Positions 1-10,376 are shown, counted from the first letter of the stretch. The stretch: DNA of 64,000 nucleotides from IMGVR_UViG_3300025869_002060:62001-126000; one strand, 5' to 3'. Numbers and translations: made by a program. The notes: a model not told the origin generated them from the sequence alone.

Positions 1-3
1 ACA

Positions 4-987
4 GTGCCATTAAAAGATGTAAACGACGAACTGGGTCGTATTGCATTATGCACATTATCAGCAATTAACTTTGGTAATATATCAAAGCCTGAGGACTTTG
101 AAAAAATGTGTACGTTAGCAGTACGTGGTTTAGATGCACTATTAACATATCAGAACTATCCTATTAAAGCCGCAGAATTAGCAACTAGAGAATATAGGCC
201 ACTTGGTATTGGTATTATTAACCTAGCATACTTTTTAGCACGCCAAGGACTTTCTTATAGCGATCCAAGTGCTCTTCCCGTTATTGATGAATACATGGAA
301 GCCTGGAGTTATTATCTTATTAAGGCTAGTGCTGATCTCGCCGTTGAGCATGGTCCATGTGAAGGTTGGAAAAATCTAAAGAGTGCTGATGGTATTCTGC
401 CAATTGACACATACAAAAAAGAAGTTGATGAACTAGTAGCTCACAAAGAACGTATGCCTTGGAAGAGTCTGCGTAAACAAATACAAGAAACTGGACAACG
501 TAATGCTACATTGATGGCTATCATGCCTGCAGAAACATCAGCACAAATTAGTAATGCTACAAATGGTATTGAACCTCCTCGTGCATTGGTAAGTGTTAAG
601 CAAAGCAAACATGGAGCATTAAGGCAGGTTGTGCCAGGTTATTGGAAGTTAAGGACTAAGTACGAACTACTATGGGATCAGACTAGTCCACAAGGTTATT
701 TAAAAATTTGTGCAGTTATGCAGAAGTATATTGATCAGGGAATGAGTGTAAATACAAGTTACAACCCACAGCATTACGAAGACGAAAAGATTCCGATGAG
801 TACAATGCTTGGTGATATACTGCTTAGTTACAAGTACGGTATTAAGCAACTATACTATTTTAATACATACGATGGCCAAGGCGAAATTGATATTAATAGT
901 ATGGTAGGACAGATCAAAGAACAAGATCTTAAACAAGTAGAACTAGAACCAATCATTGAAGAAGATTGCGATAGTTGCGTAATTTAG
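4..987 (+). CDS. nrdA: Ribonucleotide reductase class Ia alpha subunit, C-terminal part (gene begins upstream of the window)
   Basis: ALCTLSAIN, RPLGIGIIN, MPAETSAQISNATNGIEP, GIKQLYY and C-terminal CDSC redox pair. Confidence 0.97.
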   Translation: MPLKDVNDELGRIALCTLSAINFGNISKPEDFEKMCTLAVRGLDALLTYQNYPIKAAELATREYRPLGIGIINLAYFLARQGLSYSDPSALPVIDEYMEAWSYYLIKASADLAVEHGPCEGWKNLKSADGILPIDTYKKEVDELVAHKERMPWKSLRKQIQETGQRNATLMAIMPAETSAQISNATNGIEPPRALVSVKQSKHGALRQVVPGYWKLRTKYELLWDQTSPQGYLKICAVMQKYIDQGMSVNTSYNPQHYEDEKIPMSTMLGDILLSYKYGIKQLYYFNTYDGQGEIDINSMVGQIKEQDLKQVELEPIIEEDCDSCVI

Positions 988-1004
988 ATAAGAAAGTAAA
1001 AAAA

Positions 1005-2129
1005 ATGTCAGTATTTAATTCTAAAAAAATTGACCAAACAAAGTGTTTGGCATTCCTGGATAAATCAGGTGGAGCCAGCATTCAACGTTATGACCAGTTA
1101 AAGTATAAGCAATTTGATAAATTAACTGAAAAGCAGTTAGGTTTTTTTTGGAGACCTGAAGAAGTAGATATTGGTCGTGACAGTAAAGACTTTAAAGAGT
1201 TAACCGATCACGAAAGACATATTTTTACTAGTAATCTTAAAAGACAAATCTTGCTAGATTCAGTACAAGGTCGCAGTCCTAACTTAGCATTACTTCCAAT
1301 TGTTACTATTCCAGAACTTGAAACATTTATTGAAACATGGGCATTCAATGAAACTATTCATAGTAGAAGTTATACACATATTATTAGAAACGTATATTCT
1401 AATCCTAGCGAAGTTTTTGATTCAATGTTGGATATTCAGGAAATTGTTGATTGTGCAACTGACATCAGTACCAATTATGATTCTCTTATTGAAAGTGTAA
1501 ATCTTTACAATTTGTTTGGTGTAGGCACACATACACTTAACGGAAAGAAAGTTACTGTTGATTTGTATGATATCAAAAAGAAACTATTTTTAGCTATTAC
1601 AAGTATTAACGCATTAGAAGGTTTGCGTTTCTATGTGAGTTTTGCATGTAGTTGGGCATTTGCCGAACTTAAGAAGATGGAAGGCAATGCAAAAATTATC
1701 AAGTTTATTGCACGTGATGAAAATGTACATCTTGCCGCTACACAAACATTACTTAAACTACTTCCGCAAGACGACAAAGATTTTATTAAAATACGTAAAG
1801 AAACAGAAGAAGATTGTAAAGCCATTTATTTTTCCGCCGCTCAGCAAGAAAAAGAATGGGCAAAGTATTTGTTTTCAGGCGGGTCAATGATTGGTTTAAA
1901 CGAAGTATTATTAGGCCAATATGTTGATTGGTTACTATGCAAACGTATGACAGCAGTTGGACTTGATTGTGGCTTTAAGCCAGGTAGTAATCCGTTACCA
2001 TGGACGCAGAAATGGATTGCAGGTGGTAATGTACAAGTTGCTCCCCAAGAAACAGAAATTTCCAGTTATATCGTCGGCGGTACTAAACAAGATATAACAG
2101 ATAACACATTTAGCGGAATTACATTATAA
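1005..2129 (+). CDS. nrdB: Ribonucleotide reductase class Ia beta subunit
   Basis: FFWRPEE, QILLDSVQGR, ETIHSRSYTH, LEGLRFYVSF, RDENVH, VAPQETEISSY; ATG at 1005 preferred over the TTG at 975. Confidence 0.97.
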   Translation: MSVFNSKKIDQTKCLAFLDKSGGASIQRYDQLKYKQFDKLTEKQLGFFWRPEEVDIGRDSKDFKELTDHERHIFTSNLKRQILLDSVQGRSPNLALLPIVTIPELETFIETWAFNETIHSRSYTHIIRNVYSNPSEVFDSMLDIQEIVDCATDISTNYDSLIESVNLYNLFGVGTHTLNGKKVTVDLYDIKKKLFLAITSINALEGLRFYVSFACSWAFAELKKMEGNAKIIKFIARDENVHLAATQTLLKLLPQDDKDFIKIRKETEEDCKAIYFSAAQQEKEWAKYLFSGGSMIGLNEVLLGQYVDWLLCKRMTAVGLDCGFKPGSNPLPWTQKWIAGGNVQVAPQETEISSYIVGGTKQDITDNTFSGITL

Positions 2130-2159
2130 TAAATAATGTAAGCTAAAGGAAATGGAATA

Positions 2160-2405
2160 ATGATCAAAGTTTACACAAAACCTTTGTGCCCATATTGCGA
2201 TATGGCAAAGGATTATCTACAAACACAAGCAGTTATATTTGAAGAAATTAATGTTATGGAGGATAGTGATGCCCTTTCTTTTATTAAAGGTAAGGGACAT
2301 CGTACAGTACCACAAATTTACAACGAAGATGAACTGTTGGTTGAAGGTGGATACACTGGACTTGTTAAATTAGGCAGAGAGGGCTTATTAGAGGCAATTG
2401 GATAA
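2160..2405 (+). CDS. Glutaredoxin (NrdH/NrdC-like)
   Basis: CPYC active site, RTVPQI, GGY; directly follows nrdB. Confidence 0.93.
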   Translation: MIKVYTKPLCPYCDMAKDYLQTQAVIFEEINVMEDSDALSFIKGKGHRTVPQIYNEDELLVEGGYTGLVKLGREGLLEAIG

Positions 2406-2722
2406 TGACCGCCTACGAGTCCATAGAGACAAAAACGTATAAAATAATGACTTCGTTAAAAGAAGGTGTACATCTTAAGTCTAGTAAAGAGAGAAAAGAA
2501 GAGTTAGCAGAATTAGGATTTAATGTAGAGGTTGATATGCGTATAGGTATGCTGTATACACTCGAGTGTGAATCGAATAAAGTTGAGGCTATAGCAAAAG
2601 CATTAATAAGTCCAACAATGGAAGACTACTTTATTACTGAAGTTAAAAAAGAGTTTGATACACTAGAAGAAGTTGCGTATGTTAATGTTGATAAGCAGTA
2701 TAAGATAGAGATGATAAAATGA
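2405..2722 (+). CDS. PurS-like protein (FGAM synthase small-subunit fold), divergent
   Basis: LKEGV...ELGF..VDMRIG..YTLE...LISPTMEDY resembles PurS LKPGVLDP..LG..DVRVGK..LANPVIEDY; the DP motif is absent. Confidence 0.55.
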   Translation: MTAYESIETKTYKIMTSLKEGVHLKSSKERKEELAELGFNVEVDMRIGMLYTLECESNKVEAIAKALISPTMEDYFITEVKKEFDTLEEVAYVNVDKQYKIEMIK

Positions 2723-3009
2723 CCGCAGTACATAGAGATACTGACGCAAGAGTTTGTGGGGCCGCTACTACCGTTGTTGGAAATAGGACTGTTAAAGTTA
2801 ATGGTCTTCTTGCTAGTGTCAATGATGACCCAAATAGTCATGGCGGCGGAGCCATTAGTGCAAGTACTGCTAGAGTATTTGTTGAAGGTAAGATGCTAGT
2901 TGAAGTTGGAGATGCCGCCGCACCAGATGGATTATGCCCACCAGTTGGTGGCGCTCATTGTGCTCCAGCAACAGCCAGCGGAAGCCCAGACGTCGTTGTC
3001 GGATCATAA
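2719..3009 (+). CDS. PAAR-domain baseplate spike tip protein (T4 gp5.4-like)
   Basis: 96 aa; VKVNG..ASVND, VFVEGK..VGD, HCAP..SGSPDV; His/Cys ligands. Confidence 0.88.
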   Translation: MTAVHRDTDARVCGAATTVVGNRTVKVNGLLASVNDDPNSHGGGAISASTARVFVEGKMLVEVGDAAAPDGLCPPVGGAHCAPATASGSPDVVVGS

Positions 3010-3035
3010 TAATAACCCAACATTTAAGTAAGCGG

Positions 3036-3041
3036 TAAATA
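3036..3041 (+). promoter_or_regulatory. T4-like late promoter core TAAATA, 5 nt before the ATG
   Basis: GGTAAATA-GTAGT-ATG; no Shine-Dalgarno. Confidence 0.7.
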
Positions 3042-3046
3042 GTAGT

Positions 3047-5053
3047 ATGACTATTACGCCCACAGTATTAATTGCCGCCAATGGCATACTTAACGACCAA
3101 GCATTTGGAGTAAATTCTGATTTTGGCACAGAAGTATTTGACCTACAAGACTATGTTGTTAGTAACGTTGCTGGAACACAAAACACTAGTATATTAAATG
3201 CACTTCTAGTACTCAAAGAAAATTGGGAAACTGAAGTTATGACTGATGCAACGGATAGAGATGCATTGTGGGCATTAATTGAAAATTATAAATTTTTACG
3301 TGGCAATCGTACTACTAAAACAGAATCACTAACAGCATCAAGTATTCGTGTAACTGATCCTAAATGGGTATGTGACAAGTACAACGACATACATGTATTA
3401 TTTAATGCTAGTGCAAACAAAACATTTAAAGTAAATTATCTAATGCAACAGTTTGAACCTGTTGTTACGTCAAGCGAAAAAACACATATTTCACTTGCTA
3501 AGTTTAAAGATGCTGAATGGGACGACATTAGTTTAGATGTTAAATCACATGATGAAATTGCAAACAACGGTCTTGTAAGATTACTATTAACTGGCAGTGA
3601 TGTTCAAATTGACAATATCAATTTACTTAAACAAAATTTACGTGTAGCTGAACGCCTTGATGATGTAGCCGGTAGAAGACTTGCTGTATTAAGCAAAGCA
3701 CTAAGAGATCTTGGACAGTTATTTGACGCTAAAGATTTGGCCAACATGGGCCTAGCTAAAACATTAATTGAAAATATGTACAGTCTTGGTTTAAGTCAAA
3801 TTGGTGCGTTACATAAAAAAGTATTAGCATTAGAAGTTAATTCGCTTGATGATATAAAAGAAATATACTTGGTAGATATCCTTAGAGAAATTACAGGCAA
3901 AGCACTTGATGAAATAATTGAGCGTACTGGAGTTGTTCTACCAGATCCAGCTAAAGTTAAAACACTAGCAGATCTTTTAAAACAAGAAAATCTGTTTAGT
4001 AAAGAAGTCTTAGATGAATTGCCAAACGGAACACTTACAGGATTGGCGTCAGTACTAGAAAAGATACCAGGTAACTTTGAAACCTTAACACAAGTATCTG
4101 ATATGCTTGACGGAGTTGAGATACCTATATTAACCAATTTAACAGCAGAAGCATCACCGTTGCCTGCAACAGATTATGATGCAATTTTAAGTAAAACACC
4201 AAAAGGATCTGGTGTGGTTAACAATGTAATATTGCCAGACATGTTCTGCCCAATCACTGGAACTAACATATACACTGCTATTAAAATATTCAACAAGTTC
4301 AATGAAGCAGTTGAAAATTTGCTTGGCGCCGCCAGTATATATTCATTGTCAGCAGTTAATCAAGCATCACAAACAACCGACACCTGGCGTAACAACTGGA
4401 TAACAGCATTAAACTCTATTACAACTTCTACTTCTTGTATTTACTGGCTAAATCGTTGCGAAGAAGAATACGCTGAATTTTATAGACAAACTAGTGTTAC
4501 TGATAGTGTTTTTAAAGCCTTTTTTGGAACCAGCGAAAGCCTATTAAGTGAATGGTCTGGTTGGGCAGACTCAAACAACCCAAGCGGTGCAACAACATAT
4601 GACAATCCAGACGGTAATACAGATAGCTCATATGCAAGTTCTAGTAGATTGGTTAACAGTTTACATCAATTTGGAGTTGATACCGGAAACTTGGGCTACA
4701 GAGAAACTTTTGAAAAATTAGCAAAAAATAATCGTTTTGGAGACGCTATACGTTCTGCGTTGTCTGAAGGCAAAATGGCTGTCATTGAAGCACGTAATGG
4801 AAATACTCTAGTAGGAACATTCAATGAAACTGAATTTCGTGCAGGCCTTGCAAAAGAGGCACTAATTGAAGCAACTGAAAAACGTAAAAAAGCACGTATT
4901 GAATTAGATAAAATGATTGATGATATTGCTAAAGGAATAACAGTAGATAGTGACTTGCAAGATATTATTCGTATGCGAGTTGAAAGTACAGTTAATAAAG
5001 AACGTGAACTTGCATCAGTTGCAGGTGTAAAAATTAATCCATTTTTGAAATAA
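3047..5053 (+). CDS. Hypothetical protein, probably virion/baseplate-associated
   Basis: 668-aa ORF after PAAR with a late-type promoter; no recognisable motif. Confidence 0.6.
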   Translation: MTITPTVLIAANGILNDQAFGVNSDFGTEVFDLQDYVVSNVAGTQNTSILNALLVLKENWETEVMTDATDRDALWALIENYKFLRGNRTTKTESLTASSIRVTDPKWVCDKYNDIHVLFNASANKTFKVNYLMQQFEPVVTSSEKTHISLAKFKDAEWDDISLDVKSHDEIANNGLVRLLLTGSDVQIDNINLLKQNLRVAERLDDVAGRRLAVLSKALRDLGQLFDAKDLANMGLAKTLIENMYSLGLSQIGALHKKVLALEVNSLDDIKEIYLVDILREITGKALDEIIERTGVVLPDPAKVKTLADLLKQENLFSKEVLDELPNGTLTGLASVLEKIPGNFETLTQVSDMLDGVEIPILTNLTAEASPLPATDYDAILSKTPKGSGVVNNVILPDMFCPITGTNIYTAIKIFNKFNEAVENLLGAASIYSLSAVNQASQTTDTWRNNWITALNSITTSTSCIYWLNRCEEEYAEFYRQTSVTDSVFKAFFGTSESLLSEWSGWADSNNPSGATTYDNPDGNTDSSYASSSRLVNSLHQFGVDTGNLGYRETFEKLAKNNRFGDAIRSALSEGKMAVIEARNGNTLVGTFNETEFRAGLAKEALIEATEKRKKARIELDKMIDDIAKGITVDSDLQDIIRMRVESTVNKERELASVAGVKINPFLK

Positions 5054-5711
5054 ACTGATATACCTTTTTAAGTAATCTTTTTACAACTGGATGGTCAGTT
5101 TTCCAATCAAACATAGCAAAGTATGCCATTAAGTTGGGACTTAAAAACTTACCCATATCATCTTTAAAACTAGCGGCTTTCCCTGCCATTCGTAGTAATT
5201 GTAGAGCTCCATCTTTGTCTGCTTTACGCACAAGTTCATCTGCAATGTTCATTGCGTATGCTTCAATTTCGTCCGGACGAGTCATGTACTCGTAATTTGA
5301 GTCACGTTGGTCGTATCCATCTCTGCCATCAACAAAGTCTCTGCCACTATATTGTTGAGCATGTAATAGTTCATGTTTAACAGCATCAGATAATTCGTTT
5401 ATAAAATATTCTTTACCTTCGTCAGTCCAGTCTACTGTTTTGTCTTTGCTATTAAAAATTAAAGCAAGTTCAATAAACTCGTCTGCACCATCTTCATGAT
5501 CCTCTGGTTCATAATAAGCACTCAATGCCATTTCGCCACTTGGTACTTCATTTGAGTTGTGTATAACAACACGAAATTGTTCACCTGTTTCGTCAAGTAG
5601 TACTTTTCTGATAATTTTGATAATTTGAGATCGTGATTGTCCAGGCTGTAACAGGCTATACAGTTTGGATAAATTGAACTTCTTTTGGGCAGTAATCTCG
5701 TTGACTTTCAT
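5034..5711 (-). CDS. Putative zinc metallopeptidase (HExxH), possibly virion-packaged
   Basis: KHELLHAQQ plus downstream EIEAYA; start MKVNEI at 5711 lies 5 nt after TAAATA (5717-5722, minus strand). Confidence 0.65.
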   Translation of the reverse strand: MKVNEITAQKKFNLSKLYSLLQPGQSRSQIIKIIRKVLLDETGEQFRVVIHNSNEVPSGEMALSAYYEPEDHEDGADEFIELALIFNSKDKTVDWTDEGKEYFINELSDAVKHELLHAQQYSGRDFVDGRDGYDQRDSNYEYMTRPDEIEAYAMNIADELVRKADKDGALQLLRMAGKAASFKDDMGKFLSPNLMAYFAMFDWKTDHPVVKRLLKKVYQFISKMD

Positions 5712-5766
5712 AGTTGTATTTAGTATAATCAATATAAGACTTTAAACTCAGAGATGTCTGGCACGG

Positions 5767-5807
5767 TAAATACGTACAGTTCCAGCTCAGATTATTGTGC
5801 TGGAATT
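5767..5807 (+). promoter_or_regulatory. Late promoter TAAATA followed by a 5'-terminal hairpin
   Basis: TAAATA 5767-5772; AGTTCCAGC (from 5778) pairs with GCTGGAATT (to 5807). Confidence 0.55.
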
Positions 5808-5871
5808 ATGACTTAATAATGCGGAAGGTGAATAAACTAAAAAATAAATCGTAAACATAGGAGATTCAGAA

Positions 5872-6105
5872 ATGTCTTACTTTGAAAATAAAGCAAGTAA
5901 ACAAAGCGGTCGTGTAGACGATCTGTTAAATGAAGAAGTCCAAGATGAAGATTTTGTTTTTATTGTTGATGGAGTTACTGGAGAATTAAAAAGTGTGTTT
6001 TGCCCACAGTTACCGGATAATACACAAGTAAACAGTACCATCATCCGAACATTAAATGTGTTTGGAATCAACGAGCTCGGCGGTCAACCTAAAACTGTAC
6101 ATTAA
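5872..6105 (+). CDS. Hypothetical protein
   Basis: AGGAG SD upstream; 77 aa. Confidence 0.7.
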   Translation: MSYFENKASKQSGRVDDLLNEEVQDEDFVFIVDGVTGELKSVFCPQLPDNTQVNSTIIRTLNVFGINELGGQPKTVH

Positions 6106-6125
6106 TTTTAAGGAGAAAAAATTAT

Positions 6126-8348
6126 ATGATATTTGGTTATTTTACATTAATATCCGCCCTGATTATAAGTGGTATAGCGGCCTACTATTCAATTATTGGT
6201 TTGACTGCTATATTCGCGGCGGCACTAGTACCTATTATTGTTATGGGCGTTGCCCTTGAACTAGGTAAAGTTGTGTCAGCTGTATGGCTACATCGAAATT
6301 GGCACCAAGCAAGAATATGGATGCGAGGATACTTAACCTTTGCAACCATAGTACTAATGTTCATTACAAGTATGGGCATATTTGGTTTTCTAAGTAAAGC
6401 ACATATTGAACAAACGAGTGCAAGTCAAGAAAGTGTAGCTCAGATCGAGCGAATTGTAACGGAAATAGCCCGTCAAAATAGTATTATTGAACGATCCGAT
6501 AATAAAATTAAGAAACTAGAAACTACTGGGACTGGAACAGATGCTAATATCCAATCTCAAATTGACAAGGAACAAAAACGTATTGACAGTGCATATAGTC
6601 GTGTAAAACCGGCTATCGACGAACAACAACTAATTATCGATTCGCAGGCAGAAATATACAAAACTGAATTACAAAAAATTGATAATCAACTTCTTGCATT
6701 ACAATCATATATTGAAGCAGGCGAAATCAAAAAAGCACAACAAATGGTAGGCTCTAAAGCAGACGGACAGTTTGGTCCAAAGACTGCTAAGGCGTTTACA
6801 GAGTTCCAAGAAAGAAAAACACTTGACAGGTCCAAGTTGCTAACAAAAATTGAAAACTCAATTAATGATGAAAGAGCAACAGCGGCACGTGAAGAAATCA
6901 AACGTTTACGTAAATCAGTTGAAACTCAGATTGCTGACAGTAATAAGTTAATTAAGAAGTTACGCAATAAGATTTCAGCCGTTGATACCAATGATGATAT
7001 TGAAGGACAGATAGATGCTTTTAGACTTAAGATCAATGACGCAAATACAAAGATTGATACGTTAACAGAGCAAAAATATACTATTGAAACTGAATATCGT
7101 AAACTTGAAGCCGAAGTAGGTCCTGTAAAATATATTGCAGAATTTATATACGGTGAAACCGCAGATCGTACTATGCTTGAAGATGCAGTACGTTGGGTTA
7201 TTGTAATACTTGTATTAGTATTTGACCCGCTGGCTATTTGTTTAATATTGGCTGGTACTCAACAAATCATATGGGGCCGTAGGCTCAAAGCTGAGACTGT
7301 TGAAAAGCCAGACGATCATCCAGATCCAGAACCTGAAAAGGAAACGGATCATGATCCAGAAGAGGATGAGGACCAACAAGAAAAACATCTAGACGCCGAT
7401 GAAGTCTCCGGCGAACCAAAGAGACTTCAGCTTGAATTGGATCAAGCTACATCTGACTTACACCTTGCCGCGGAACTAGCCGCTGAATTTGAGAGCCGTA
7501 ATCAACAAGCGGAAACTAGGATTGCTGAATTGGAGAGCGCCTTGGCGCAGGCGGAAGGTGAAGACACACCTATAGAGGATACAATCATTGAAGAGATTGA
7601 AGTTCATGGTGTGGAAATTGACGAACCTGAATACGTTGCTATTGATGAAGATTTAGATGAGACCAAAGAACCGCCAATGCCTGAGCCTTCTGAAAAGTTT
7701 CAGAATACTGTTTGGCCGGAAGAACTAGATAAAGATCCAGTAGCAGAAGTTGATTCAGCAATTGAAGAAGTGATTGAAGAAATCGTTATTGAGGATGTTA
7801 CAAACGAAAGTACGGAAGAACAAATCGAAGACAAAGTACAAGAAGAAGTACAAGAAGTTTCTGATTTGGAAAGTGTCGCACCAGACGAAACCAGGGAACA
7901 GTATGTCGAACCAACAACTTTGCTAGACGGTGACAGTTCAGCAACAACTGGTCCACTTTCCAAAGAAGAAAAAGAAGAAGTAGAACTGCAATTAAAAACA
8001 ATTGATTACCAAAGAGGTACTGGAAAAGTATTACAAGCAAGTCCACTATTTGAAGCAAAGCCAGACAATACTACTGTAATACAAAGTGGTTTTGGTAGTA
8101 TGTTTCCAAATGACAGTAATGTTAAAAGAGGAGATATGTTTTTAAGAACAGATTATCTACCTAGTAGACTGTTCAAATTCAATGGAGATACTTGGATAGA
8201 AACATCAAAAACTTTAAGTAACAGTTATGTATATGATACTAAGTACGTAGAGTATTTGATTGACAAACTTCAAACAGGAGAGTATGAGCTCGAAGATTTA
8301 GAAGATCAAGAACAAGAGCAAATACGAGATTATTTACAGAATGTATAG
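6126..8348 (+). CDS. Membrane protein: N-terminal TM helices, coiled coil with peptidoglycan-binding motif, further TM helix, acidic tail
   Basis: Hydrophobic N-terminal ~90 aa, ADGQFGPKTAKAFTEFQ, WVIVILVLVFDPLAICLILAG, Glu-rich C-terminal half; AAGGAG SD. Confidence 0.75.
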   Translation: MIFGYFTLISALIISGIAAYYSIIGLTAIFAAALVPIIVMGVALELGKVVSAVWLHRNWHQARIWMRGYLTFATIVLMFITSMGIFGFLSKAHIEQTSASQESVAQIERIVTEIARQNSIIERSDNKIKKLETTGTGTDANIQSQIDKEQKRIDSAYSRVKPAIDEQQLIIDSQAEIYKTELQKIDNQLLALQSYIEAGEIKKAQQMVGSKADGQFGPKTAKAFTEFQERKTLDRSKLLTKIENSINDERATAAREEIKRLRKSVETQIADSNKLIKKLRNKISAVDTNDDIEGQIDAFRLKINDANTKIDTLTEQKYTIETEYRKLEAEVGPVKYIAEFIYGETADRTMLEDAVRWVIVILVLVFDPLAICLILAGTQQIIWGRRLKAETVEKPDDHPDPEPEKETDHDPEEDEDQQEKHLDADEVSGEPKRLQLELDQATSDLHLAAELAAEFESRNQQAETRIAELESALAQAEGEDTPIEDTIIEEIEVHGVEIDEPEYVAIDEDLDETKEPPMPEPSEKFQNTVWPEELDKDPVAEVDSAIEEVIEEIVIEDVTNESTEEQIEDKVQEEVQEVSDLESVAPDETREQYVEPTTLLDGDSSATTGPLSKEEKEEVELQLKTIDYQRGTGKVLQASPLFEAKPDNTTVIQSGFGSMFPNDSNVKRGDMFLRTDYLPSRLFKFNGDTWIETSKTLSNSYVYDTKYVEYLIDKLQTGEYELEDLEDQEQEQIRDYLQNV

Positions 8349-8724
8349 CAATTTTGTTACACCACCAGATTTTGTGGAAGATGATTACCATAGTGTTCTT
8401 CTAATAGATCCTGTTGAATCGCAAGTAATGGACATTTCATTACTATGTAAAAGTGTTGGGTCAGATTTTAATGTCTATGTATACCTTGATCATTACAATG
8501 ACTATAAATGGTTAGAGGAAGCATTTAACAGAAGTGATTCAGTACTTATTAATACAGTACCGAATTCTAGTTCAAAAGTTAAGGATAAACTAGTTGAACA
8601 TCATAAATCACAACATTACGGTCCTAAACGTTTCTTTGATAACGATAGGCGTATTGAACTTCCAATTGAGTACTTTATAAACTATGTCAAAAAACATTCA
8701 ACAAGCCAATATGCTGATTTGTAA
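8341..8724 (+). CDS. Hypothetical protein
   Basis: 127-aa ORF overlapping both neighbours, operon-like. Confidence 0.65.
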   Translation: MYSNFVTPPDFVEDDYHSVLLIDPVESQVMDISLLCKSVGSDFNVYVYLDHYNDYKWLEEAFNRSDSVLINTVPNSSSKVKDKLVEHHKSQHYGPKRFFDNDRRIELPIEYFINYVKKHSTSQYADL

Positions 8725-9937
8725 TTTTTGCGAGAAAGCAAAAAACGAAGTCAATAAACTTATAGTCGCAGATGGTGCGGCCATTTGTAATGAATGTATA
8801 GAGACTTGCTCAGGTATTATCACTAACGAAAAGTATACCGCAAGGTACAAAAAGTCGGGTATTTTTAAGAGTCTTGACCCGCTAAGAGTTAAAAAATACC
8901 TCGATGAGTTCATCATTGGCCAGGATAGTGCAAAAGAAGCTATCAGTGTAGCAATTATAAATCATTATAAAAGACTGTTCTATAATACAACAATTGAGTT
9001 AGAAAAAAGCAATGTTCTATTACACGGTCCAACTGGTAATGGTAAAACAATGCTGGCTAGAATTGTGGCTAAGTTTTTAGAAGTGCCTTTTGTAGTATGT
9101 GATGCTACTACACTTACTGAAGCAGGTTATATAGGCGAGGACTCAAGCAGTGTCATTGAACGATTATTAATGGCCGCTGATGGTGACCTTGAACATGCAG
9201 AACGTGGCATTATTTTTATTGACGAGATTGACAAGATTGGTCGTGTAGCAGATGCACACGGAAGTGTTGGGCGTGACGTCGGTGGCGAAGGTGTGCAACA
9301 AAGTTTACTAAAAATACTTGAAGGCGGAGATATAAAAGTATCTTATAACGACGGAAATCATAAAGAAGAAATTGACTTTAATACCAAAGATGTACTTTTT
9401 ATTGCCGCAGGTGCTTTTCCTGATTTACAAAAGATAGCATCTAATAATGCAAATAAAGGATCAACAATAGGATTCGCATCAACGATTCCGGATCCTAATC
9501 AAGTAGTAACTCCAAAGATAACAGATTTTGTGCAATACGGAATGATACCTGAGTTCATGGGACGGTTTCCTATTACAATACAAGTTAAAGAATTAACTGA
9601 CCACGAAATGCGTCGAGTGCTAACTGAGCCTAGAAACAATCTTATCAAACAATATTTTTTCTATTTTGATGTTGACGGTGTTAAGTTAGAATTTAGCCAT
9701 GATGCTATTGATGCTGTTATAGAATTAACTGCTAAAGAAAAAATTGGAGCCAGAGGACTTCGTGCAATCATTGAAAAAGTATTGCACCCACATATGTTCA
9801 ATTTGAGAAATTTAAAAAATAGTAACGTAAAGAAACTAACTATTACAGCCGACACAGTATTAAAACAACAACAACCAATACTTGAATACCACGACGAAAG
9901 GGGAATAGAAAATGACACAATTGAGCTTGGATCTTAG
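8684..9937 (+). CDS. clpX: ATP-dependent Clp protease ATPase subunit ClpX
   Basis: CNFC...CNEC zinc finger, Walker A GPTGNGKT, GYIGED pore loop, IFIDEIDKI, RDVGGEGVQQ, IGF loop, GARGLR. Confidence 0.95.
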   Translation: MSKNIQQANMLICNFCEKAKNEVNKLIVADGAAICNECIETCSGIITNEKYTARYKKSGIFKSLDPLRVKKYLDEFIIGQDSAKEAISVAIINHYKRLFYNTTIELEKSNVLLHGPTGNGKTMLARIVAKFLEVPFVVCDATTLTEAGYIGEDSSSVIERLLMAADGDLEHAERGIIFIDEIDKIGRVADAHGSVGRDVGGEGVQQSLLKILEGGDIKVSYNDGNHKEEIDFNTKDVLFIAAGAFPDLQKIASNNANKGSTIGFASTIPDPNQVVTPKITDFVQYGMIPEFMGRFPITIQVKELTDHEMRRVLTEPRNNLIKQYFFYFDVDGVKLEFSHDAIDAVIELTAKEKIGARGLRAIIEKVLHPHMFNLRNLKNSNVKKLTITADTVLKQQQPILEYHDERGIENDTIELGS

Positions 9938-10328
9938 TATATCGGGAGACCAATATGAGTTTGACCTGGGAGACGAACCTGTTACTAATACTATCACTAT
10001 CACTGCTCCTGATACGGTAAATGCATCGTTTACGTTGAATTCATCTTATGTAGGCGGTTCCACTATTACTGTACCAACGAGTAGCATTACTACCAATTCG
10101 GGTTTTAATAATTGGCTTACCACGCAAGAAAATTCAACGTTGACTGCTGATGACCTTGAAGTTCAAAATGACATTTTAATTGGTGGTAAAAGTGTAAATG
10201 CAACTCTTGAAGCTATTTGTAAGCATTTGGGAGTAATTGTACCAAAAGAAGGCGATTTAGATACGCCGGGTCTCAAAGACCTATACGAAAAGTATGAAAT
10301 TTTATCCAGTTTGGTAAAAAAATCATAA
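9912..10328 (+). CDS. Hypothetical protein
   Basis: 138-aa ORF overlapping the end of clpX. Confidence 0.65.
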   Translation: MTQLSLDLSISGDQYEFDLGDEPVTNTITITAPDTVNASFTLNSSYVGGSTITVPTSSITTNSGFNNWLTTQENSTLTADDLEVQNDILIGGKSVNATLEAICKHLGVIVPKEGDLDTPGLKDLYEKYEILSSLVKKS

Positions 10329-10347
10329 ATAATTTTGTAGAAGCTCT

Positions 10348-10376
10348 TGACTTTTAACGTAAGAGTAACTATATTA
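10348..10376 (+). promoter_or_regulatory. Sigma70-like promoter for hsp20
   Basis: TTGACT-N17-ATATTA, with TATATT at 16-nt spacing. Confidence 0.5.

Noticed and set aside
2719-3009. PAAR as evidence of a bacterial type VI secretion locus
   Set aside because: No other T6SS genes; the context (late promoters, baseplate, fibres, clamp loader) is phage.
5733-5871. Intergenic region as a tRNA or known riboswitch
   Set aside because: No cloverleaf, T-loop or recognisable aptamer consensus; explained by divergent late promoters and one 5' hairpin.
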